Positions 55,148 through 64,000 of a stretch of DNA of 64,000 nucleotides are shown here, in pieces. Under the pieces are notes generated by a model, which had not been told where the DNA came from, made no database searches, and was given only the letters and a program-made list of their open reading frames with translations. Origin of the DNA: Octopus sinensis (lineage: Eukaryota). Position 1 is the first letter of the stretch; every line of letters starts with the position of its first letter. The stretch is from contig NC_043011.1 in assembly GCF_006345805.1 (NCBI RefSeq), positions 38,142,464 to 38,206,463 of the forward strand, written 5' to 3'. The position numbers and the translations under genes are program-made.

Positions 55148-55567
55148 TTGAAAATAGGGAATATAGGGAATACCGTAATAAGAAGGTTAAAATTACAAAT
55201 ATCAATATATAATGACTACAACTTGATTTCGAGTTACGTCATCCACATGGTTGTTTTCCTTGACGTTAGCAACACCGCTTTGGTTTCCAATCCTTCTAGC
55301 GACCTATGCTTCTTTATGCAGATGTGATACCGATGGATGCCTACTGCATCAGGTTTCCGGTGAGCTTACAAATCATACTGATATATACTTTCATTAAATC
55401 ATGGAAATGTTCATAGTGTTATTAGTCTAAAAAGTATTTCCTTTGCTATCGCCTGATGTATGTCTGGTGGTAATCAGGAAACTAAGTGGTATATCTTTGA
55501 TTCGGTACTTTCTCTATGTGTAAATGTGTGTGTGTGTATAGAGAGCGGCTTCCACACAGTTTCCGTC

Positions 55568-55978
55568 TCTTTTATTCTTTTACTCTTTAAATCGTTTCAG
55601 CCATTTGACTGCGGCCATGCTGGAGCATCGCCTTTATAGTCCAGCATATAGTCCAGCAAATCGACCCCAGGACTTATTCTTTGTAAGCCTAGCACACAGT
55701 CTATTGGTCTCTTTTGCCGAAATGCTAAGTTATGGGGACGTAAACACACAACCATCGGTTGTCAAGCGATGTTGGAGGGACAAATACACAAACACACATA
55801 TACAAATATATATACATATATATATATACATATCCGACGGGCTTCTTCCAGTTTCCGTATACCAAAATCCACTCACAAGGCTTTGGCCGGCCCAAGGCTA
55901 TAGTAGAGGACACTTGCCCAAGGTGCCACGCAGTGGGGCTGAACCTGGGAACATGTGGTTGGTAAGCAAGCTACTTTA
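55568..55978 (-). mobile_element. SINE family B
   Basis: Collinear match. Confidence 0.85.
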
Positions 55979-56362
55979 TTTCATAAATATTTGCCATGAA
56001 GGCATTACAAAAAGGGGACGAACAAGAACAGACAAACATAAATGGGTGAAGTAGCTGTAGCGATTAAATATTTACAATTTAAAATATACAGTAATTTAAT
56101 AAATATGTTTATAACGTTTGACTTAAGCGTTGCTCATTACAAATGAAATTTTTAATGGCTTCTCTGAAGGATAGGCATCTGACCACCAGGATAGACCCCA
56201 TGCTTTTTGTTTCCTGTTTTTGTCTTCTACTTACCTGGTGTCAAACACTCCCAGCTTCCTCGCCAAAGGCTTCCATCTTCTCACACACACAGTCACTCCT
56301 GCGTCTACCAACTTTATTCAGCATGCATTTATCTGTATGGATTTTTAGAAGACATGCGAAAC

Positions 56363-56457
56363 GCCAGTACACATACTAAAATTGGAACGATACTGAGAAG
56401 ATTAGCAGGCTTCCTGCGCAAGGATGACATGAAAACTCGTGAAGCGTCCCATATTTT
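56363..56457 (+). pseudogene. U6: U6 snRNA retro-pseudogene (5' stem-loop truncated, ACAGAGA box mutated to ACTGAGA)
   Basis: CATACTAAAATTGGAACGATACTGAGAAGATTAGCAGGCTTCCTGCGCAAGGATGACATGAAAACTCGTGAAGCGTCCCATATTTT aligns with canonical U6. Confidence 0.92.
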
Positions 56458-56465
56458 CGTAAAGG

Positions 56466-56948
56466 GTGCTGGAATGACTGTGGTAAAAAGCTTGGTTCCG
56501 GGTTCCTTCTCACTACGTGGCACCTTGGGTAAAGCAATGTGAGTGGATTTAGTAAACGGAAACTGAAGGAGAACCATCGTATATCTGCGTGTGTATGTCT
56601 ATCTGTCTGTGTGAGCGTGTGTGTATGTGTGTGTATGTGTGTGTATGTCTATTTGCGATCCAGTGTTTGTTCCTCCACTGTGGCTTGACACCGATGTTGG
56701 TGCGTTTACTCACCCGTAACGTAAGTGTTCGCCGATGGATATCCGACAGATTTTACCACATTTGCATTTATTCCTTTGTAATACTGACCAAGATTTCATA
56801 CTTCTTTTGGCATCTCTTCGAACCCTTTCATCTAAAAGAGGAACTACTACTACTAAGCTTACAAAGAAAAGGTCCTGGAGGTCGATTTGTTCGACGAAAT
56901 GCGGTGCTCCAGCAAGGCCGTAGATAAATGACTAAAAAAAGTAAAAGA
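56466..56948 (+). mobile_element. Degraded SINE family B directly downstream of the U6 copy
   Basis: TGGTTCCGGGTTC...GTGAGTGGATTTAGTAAACGGAAACTGAA...GCGGTGCTCCAGCAAGGCCG. Confidence 0.8.
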
Positions 56949-57612
56949 ATGCTGTGCAGTCCAAAATCACGCGACTGCAAAGCTAAATTCTTAACCACGC
57001 AGTCTTTCTCTGTTCTTTAACATCACCACAGAGACATATTTACTGGGATCGATATAATCGAACTTAGAACGCGAGAAAGCCTTACCCCCATATGACTGCA
57101 TTCAAATAACCATAACAAAGTAAATGGCAGAGGAGCAGCATAGAGAATGTTTAGAGAATATTGGCTGGAAGTTACCTTCAAGAAATCTAACGCATAATAA
57201 CCGTGTTTATGTGAGAGATGTTGACAGTTTAAGACCTAAATGCACACAAAAAAGTATTTTCGGCTACTGCAAATGCCAAACCTGAGAATATTTTCTCAGA
57301 ATAGAATATTGCCTACACTTCCTTAGAATATTGAAAGAAAGATAAGGGGAAAAAATAGTAAAGTGCAAAGAGGAAATAAATTTCCGATTTGTATATGTAA
57401 TATTGAAATGAAAGACCGCAAAACCTGAATGCTAAGAAGAAACTGAACAAAGGAAAAATACTACTACGTTTATTGATAATAATACTAATGCTAACAATAA
57501 TAAACAGGACACCAAGACACGATGCTGCAGTAACAACGCCAACGCCAAACGCCAATAACACTTTTTACTATAACGCTATTGTCAGTAATTCATTTATGGC
57601 ATTATATATAAA

Positions 57613-57976
57613 CTAGCAGTATCGCCCGGCGTTGCTCGGGTTTGTAAGGGAAATAACTATATAAGCATTTTTAGAGATGTAAAATATAATAGCCATCTTA
57701 ATATAGCTAACCACAACGGTGGGGGTGTTACTGTAGCTTTATACGTTCTGAGATTTAATTATAAATTTTTAGAGAGTTACTTCCCTTATATATGCCAAAA
57801 ATGCATTAAAAATGGGAAAAATTGATGGTAATTTTTTTTAAATCGTAGACTCATCGTATGAATCACGACTATAAGATACCCGGTTTTGATTAAACTGCAC
57901 CTCAAAATATGGGAGTAGTTAGGAATCTAAATCGTAGGAGACAGACAGCACACAACCTCTCTTTTATATATAAAGA
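57613..57976 (-). mobile_element. Non-autonomous Helitron (364 bp)
   Basis: Minus strand begins TCTTTATATATAAAAG after host A and ends CCCGAGCAACGCCGGG hairpin + CGATACTG + CTAG before host T. Canonical A|TC...CTAG|T insertion, no TSD. Confidence 0.82.
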
Positions 57977-57980
57977 TATA

Positions 57981-58395
57981 ATGGCGTGGCTGTGTGGTAA
58001 CAAGCTTGCTTCCCAACAACATGTTTCCTGGTTCAGTCCTATTACGGGTCACCTTGAGTAAATGTCTTCTGCTATAGAGTCCGTTCAATCACAGCCTTAT
58101 GAGTAGATTTGGTAGACGGAAAGTGAAAGAACCCCATCGTATATATCTATGTGTGTATTTGCGTGTGCGCACGGTGGTGTGTATGTATGTGTGAGTATAT
58201 GTGTGCGCGTATGTATGTGTTTGTGTGTGTGAGTGCGTTTGTGTTTGTGTTTGCTCCACCACCACTATCGTTTGACATTCAGTGTTGGATTGTTTCAGAC
58301 CCTGTAACTTTAAGGTTCAGCAAAAGAGACCGATAGAGGGAGTACTGTGCTCAGAAACGTACTGGGCTTGATTTGTTTAACTAAAGGCCTTGGAG
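57981..58395 (+). mobile_element. SINE family B (degraded)
   Basis: GGCGTGGCTGTGTGGTAA head and family body. Confidence 0.8.
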
Positions 58396-58792
58396 GCACT
58401 GCCGCAAGTAAAATATGTGTACTATGTATTTATGTATGTATGTCTGTATGTATATATGTATATATACGTTAACATCAAACATTAAGAACCAGTTTTCAGC
58501 ACGGAAAGATGGGGACGAACGCCGAGGTTCTATGTAGAATTCTTGATAATTAAGGGATTTACTTCACATGAAACCGATGGTAGCCTTAACCTCTACATAA
58601 AGTTTATGTATGTTTGTGTGTGTCTGTGTGTGTGTGCGCGTGTGTGTGTATTTGTATATATATATACAAATATTATGCTGTACCAATGTATAAATACGCG
58701 GGTGTATATATATCTCACAAATACGACACAATAGTAACAAAAACAAGTTAACAAAAACAACGTGAGAACTGGTGGTGGTGGTGGTGGTGGTG

Positions 58793-58865
<73 letters not shown>

Positions 58866-59519
58866 TACTGCTGGAAACCAGAAGAAAAATTCGAAGAAAA
58901 GGAAGTCGACGAGGAGCTGGAAGAGAAAAAGAAGGCTGGAAGGTGATGTGAAAGAAATTCAAGAATTTGAAGTGTATTTTTCTCTCGCTGCATTGGTCTT
59001 TGAATTTCCATTTTGTTGGAGAAAAAGGTTAAATCATCATTGAAATTCAAAGACCTAAGAATGTGAAGGAATTCTTCAAATATCACTGGGTTGGAACCAA
59101 AAACTCGTGAAATGTGAAATATTTCAATGGATAAAGAACAGTAGAGAATTAGAATTGCTGACCTTCAGGAGTTGGAACAAATCCTATTTTCTGTTCCAAA
59201 CTAAACTTCAAGAAAAATTCTAATAAAAAAAACCTACGCTTCCCAACAAATGTAGGCGTTACGATAGGCTGACGTAGAGGTGTATTTTTTATACGAGAAT
59301 CGTTCCAGTTAACACACACGCATGCCCATTCAAGCACACATCTCTCTTTCTCTCCTTCTCTTTTTCTTTCCCTACCTATCTATTTATCTATCTATCTTTC
59401 TCTCTTTCTTTTTCATCCCTTCTCTATCTCCTTCACTCCCGCGTTGTCTGTTCCTCTCAATGCCCACCCCACCCAATCTATATCTCCTTATCTGTGTGCG
59501 TGTGTATTTATATATATAC

Positions 59520-59694
59520 ACTCTTTACTCTTTTACTTGTTTCAGTCATTTGACTGCGGCCATGCTCGAGCAAATCGACCCCGGGACTTATTCTTTGTAA
59601 GCCCAGTACTTATTCTATCGGTCTCTTTTGCCGAACCGCTAAGTGACGGCGACGTAAACATACCAGCATCGGTTGTCAAGCAATGCTAGGGGGC

Positions 59695-59731
<37 letters not shown>

Positions 59732-59919
59732 ACACACACACATATATATATATATTATATACGACAGGCTTCTTTCAGTTTCCGTCTACCAAATCCACTC
59801 ACAAGGCTTTGGTCGGCCCGAGGCTATAGCAGAAGACACTTGCCCAAGATGCCACGCAGTGGGACTGAACCCGGAACCATTTGGTTGTTAAGCAAGCTAC
59901 TTACTACACAGTCACTCCT
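59520..59919 (-). mobile_element. SINE family B
   Basis: Well-preserved copy. Confidence 0.9.
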
Positions 59920-59931
59920 GTGCCTATATAA

Positions 59932-60143
59932 TATATTTCGTGTTTGGATTTGTTTTGCAAGATTCTTTATGTGTGTTCGTGTGTCTAGGGAAAGTAATTT
60001 TCTTTTTGCGCCTTATAATTTAACACACTCAAGACGCAACGAAAATTTTAGGAAAATAGAAATAAGAAATAAGTGGAAATTTTAACGGTGAGTGTGTTAA
60101 ATTATAGGGCACAAAAACAAAATGACTTTCCCCAGTCAAAACA

Positions 60144-60146
<3 letters not shown>
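59932..60146 (+). mobile_element. Fold-back element of the 9857 HHR family, between (TA)n tracts
   Basis: ~59983-60029 is inverted relative to ~60089-60138. Forward part starts at CAAGACGCAACGAAAATTTTAG. Confidence 0.85.
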
Positions 60147-60192
<46 letters not shown>

Positions 60193-60792
60193 TAGATAGA
60201 TAGATAGATAGATTGATAGATAGATAGATAAATAGAGACAGACCGATAGACCACACGGGTGATGGCTACATTGGCTGATACTTATATACTTACTTACCCG
60301 CCTGCCTATTTACCTACCTTCCTACATACCTATCTACCTGTGTACTTACCAGCCTTCTTAAATACCTACCTATCAAACGTACATGCAAAAAAAAAAAGAG
60401 AAGGAAAACATCAATGGATCACTGACGACGCGTTTTTAAGTCCAGTGACCAGATAATCTTTTGGTTTCATACTTATTATTATTGGAGCAACAGGATACGT
60501 ACCGACCCGACTGAAACAACGTAATGCTGGACTTGGGCCCTTGTAAAAAAATGTGCAAATACAAAATTTATACCAATAACTGATCACGATATGCGGAATA
60601 ATAATATTTTGCAAGCATTTTAAAAATCGAAAGATGCTGCACAATGCTTTCCTTGCTATCAAATATTTGGCAGCTCAGCATAAGCTTAATTGTAAAGGGG
60701 AAAAGGGAAAATAATACAAACATGTACACATATATTCATACACACATGCATACATACATACATACATACATATACATACATACATACATACA

Positions 60793-60833
<41 letters not shown>

Positions 60834-60920
60834 AAGGGTGAAAAGGAACACACGAGTTGATATATATGAAAAAACAAGTAAAAAATAGAAAATGCTAAAA
60901 TAATTTTATAGTGAACATTT

Positions 60921-60957
60921 CAGTACCGGTCTCGGTCATTTGAGACCTTTTCAACTG
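60921..60957 (-). ncRNA. Hammerhead-like motif, U3-A8 variant (A14G-damaged)
   Basis: cag-TTGAAAA-ggtc(tcaaat)gacc-GAGAC-cg-GTA-ctg. Confidence 0.5.
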
Positions 60958-61272
60958 TAACGATTAAATAATTAAATTTAGAAAAAATTAGAAGAAAAGT
61001 TTTTTTAAAAGAATATTTCTATAGTAGTGTTCAGATTTAAGTGGCATTCTGCCTTTCTCTGACTCCCTGTTTGCACTTGTGTGTTCGAGGTAGTTGTGAG
61101 TTCTTGGTAGGGTAGTAGAGGGAAGGCTGGTGAGGAAAGGGGGGTGGGAGAATCTGGGTGTGCCCTGATGGTCGTATTTTGAATGGTCAGTGGCGGCTGG
61201 CAGTCTCAGTTCAATTCAGGAGAATATTTATATTGACAGGCTTGTTTATAGAATTAGCGTAGGTGTTATACT

Positions 61273-61623
61273 AAACATTAGTGACAAACTTAAGGGTTAG
61301 GGGTGGAGAAGAAGAAGAAGAAGAAGAAGAAGAAGGAGAAGGAGAAGATGATGGTGATAGTGGTGATGATGATGATAACGATGATGATGAAGAAGAAGAA
61401 GAAGAAGAAGGAGGAGAAGGAGAAGATGGTGGTGATGATGGTGGCGATGATGATGACGCCGATGATGATGATGATAACGATGATGATGAAGAAGAAGAGT
61501 TCTTCTTCATCATCATCGTTATCATCATCATCACCACCATCACCATCATCTTCTCCTTCTCCTTCTTCTTCTTCTTTTCTTCTTCTTCTCCACCCCTACC
61601 CCTTAAGTTTGTCACTAATGTTT
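61273..61623. repeat. Fold-back with unique outer arms and (GAA)/(GAT) inner arms
   Basis: AAACATTAGTGACAAACTTAAGGG..GGTGGAGAAGAAG pairs with CTTCTTCTCCACCC..CCCTTAAGTTTGTCACTAATGTTT. Inversion point at ~61499. Confidence 0.92.
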
Positions 61624-61752
61624 TTTAGTTGGGGTTCGTCTACTCTTTTACTCGTTTAATTATTTCAGTCAATTGACTGCAGCCATGCTGGAGCACCGCC
61701 GTTAGTCGGTGAGGCTTTCAGTGTGTACTTAAAGTGAGTGTGTGTGTGTGTT

Positions 61753-62272
61753 CTCGGCATGGAGTTGCAGGACAGGATCCCGGACACCGAGGTACTAATA
61801 CATGCTAACCTGCCCAGCATCCATATCATCTTGATTCAGTCTCAGCTTCGATGGGCAGGGTACGTAGCTCGCATGGCAGACGATCGATTACCATAAAGAT
61901 TGCTCTTTGGCAAGCTGCAAACGGGAAAGCGCTCACAAGGCGGCCAGAAGAAGCGCTTTAAGGACACACTGAAAGCCTTCAACATCGACCATGACACTTG
62001 GAAGCAGGCTGCTCTAGACAGAGAATGGTGGCCATCAGTTATCCACAAGGGTACCAACACATGCGAGACGAATAGGATCGCTGCTGCAGAAGACCGCAGA
62101 CAAGCCAGAAAGAACAGATCTAACAACCCCGTAGCAGGCGCTACCATTCCCTGTCCACACTGTCAAAGATTTTGTCGGGCGCAGATAGACCTCAATAGTC
62201 ATCTGCGGACTCACAAAACAAGCCCACCTCCATCCCAGGATTACTAGATGGTCTTCGTCGCATCGACGGACA
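61753..62272 (+). pseudogene. RTE-clade LINE 3' end (ORF C-terminus with CCHH finger, plus short 3' UTR hairpin)
   Basis: QDRIPDTEVL...QSQLRWAGYVARMADDRLP*RLLFGKLQTGKRSQGGQKKRFKDTLKAFNID...CPHCQRFCRAQIDLNSHLRTH. One in-frame stop at 61894. Confidence 0.9.
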
Positions 62273-62775
62273 AACTATAAAGTGTGTGTTTTTACATGCA
62301 TGCATATATAATATATACATTCATACGGATTTAGATGGATAGACAGAAAACTACTCAGACAGACAGGTATTCAGGCAGGGACGTAGGTAGGTAGGTGGTA
62401 GGTAGGTAGATATACATTCGCATTGCTTCTGCAGGTAATGTCAGACAAACTCTAGTTGTTTAATGAAATTAACAAAATTACTTTCTTGTAGAAGCCTATT
62501 AGTTGTTTAATATACACCACACTAATTAATCCAATTGTGTTTTATCAATATTTGTAATATAGTTAGTTATATCATATTTACTATAGCAATGTCCTCCTCA
62601 TACGTCCAATACCGTCTTGATGATAATCTACTCTGTTATATCTATTTGATATCATATGATAGCCAGTTATATACCATAGCAACGTTGTTTCTTCTCTTTA
62701 TGCTGTGTCTACTTCAATACCTCTTACAGCGTGTCTCCATTATACAGTTATTTTGGTCTTTTAATTATTCATTAT

Positions 62776-63352
62776 TTTCTACTCTAGGCACAAGACCCGA
62801 AATTTTTATGGAGGTGCGGGACAGTCGATTAGATCGACCCCAGTACTCAACTGGTACTTAAACGATCCCGAAAGGATGAAAGGCAATGTTAACCTCGGCG
62901 AAATTTGAACTCAGAACGTAAAGACAGACGAAATACTTATTTCTTTACTACCCACAAGGGGCTAAACACAGAGGGGACAAACAAGTACAGGCAAACGGAT
63001 TAAATCGATTACATCGATCCCAATGCGCAACTGGTAATTATTTAATCGACCCCGAAAGGATGAAAGGTAAAGTCGACCTCGGCGGAATTTGAACTCAGAA
63101 CGTAGCGACAGGCGAAATACCTATTTCTTTACTGCCCACAAGCAGCTAAACACAGAGAGGACAAACAAGGACAGACAAACGGATGAAGTCGATTATATCG
63201 ACCCCAGTGCATAACTGGTACTTCATTCATCGACCCCAAATGGATGAAAAGCAAAGCCGCTCTCAGCGGAATTTGAACTCAGAACGTAAAGACAGACGAA
63301 ATACCGCTAAGCATTTCACCCGGCGTGCTAACATTTCTGCCAGCCCACAGCC
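62776..63352 (-). mobile_element. SINE family A trimer with ~20-bp TSD
   Basis: Three central domains. GTCTTTTAATTATT[C/T]ATTAT at 62756-62775 and 63356-63375. Confidence 0.9.
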
Positions 63353-64000
63353 TTTGTCTTTTAATTATTTATTATCTAGGTTATCTAGGTTATTTATTAT
63401 CTATTTTATATCTGAGACTCAGCCTTTCCTACTACGCCTAGTGTTTACTGAGCCGAAATATTCTTGATTATTGCTTTCATCCTAAGTCATTCCTAGCTCA
63501 AGAAATATATATCCAAAGCGTTCTTTCTGTTAGGGTAGATACGATCTGAATTTAATTTCATGCGATTTTTAACAGGGAGTGAGGACTAGCTGTATGCACC
63601 ATTTTTAGGACACATAACGTAGTTCATGAAATGTGTGCCATTCAGACACTGGATTAGATGTAAACGTATCAAACCGTCATCCAAAATGTGTGGTACTGTG
63701 TCAGAGTTAGAAATCAATATTGTAGATTATGTTACACATAAAAAGATATTGCTACGGATATTGATGAGGATAATGATAATGTTTTTCTCTATCTCCGATT
63801 CGTCTCTGATCGGGCAGAACTACAAAGAACTTATTTGCAGCTATTGATCATATCATCTTTTAATTTTCAGGCACTTATCCAATTTGCTTATATCTCCTTT
63901 CCTGATTTGCCATAACGGCTCCAGAATGCGAGTTACCTTTTTTTCTTTCTTTATATTTGGCTGTTTTTACTCTTTAGATTTTGGCCATGCTGGGTTTTCA

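Noticed and set aside
58865-59160. ORF with FLHILRSLNFND, and an acidic plus-strand stretch
   Set aside because: The similarity to piggyBac is a few residues only; no other support.
61281-61628. Acidic E/D-rich ORF followed by a hydrophobic run that mimics a membrane protein
   Set aside because: Produced by the microsatellite fold-back itself.
62776-63352. Regularly repeated ~185-bp units as a possible CRISPR or satellite array
   Set aside because: The units are SINE bodies; there is no repeat-spacer structure and no cas genes.

Overview
AT-rich, microsatellite-saturated animal genomic DNA. The SINE repertoire looks like octopus/cephalopod; this is recognition from memory, not a database result. 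One 100-N scaffold gap lies at 26716-26815. No recognisable intact host gene, rRNA, true tRNA or CRISPR array is present, and nearly all listed ORFs are translations of simple repeats. The window is a mosaic of several tRNA-derived SINE families, decayed LINE ends (RTE and L1/Tx1 clades), a mariner relic, a mariner-type MITE, a canonical non-autonomous Helitron, a 5'-truncated U6 retrocopy and a few weak phase-compatible exon candidates. Main hidden signal: at least 11 type-I hammerhead-ribozyme (HHR)-like motifs from about 8 unrelated sequence families. They sit in tandem or fold-back (inverted) units, mostly next to (TA)n tracts, which is the architecture of Penelope-like element pseudo-LTRs and retrozymes. 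Their cores covary at the 3-8 pair (C-G, U-A, A-U). Highlights: a ~504-nt HHR-to-HHR tandem unit (8411-9331), and a Pol III tRNA-headed element with an HHR tail plus an inverted copy of that tail (44437-45727). A second system is a SINE family that inserts as TSD-flanked multimers with a nucleotide-precise recurrent junction.
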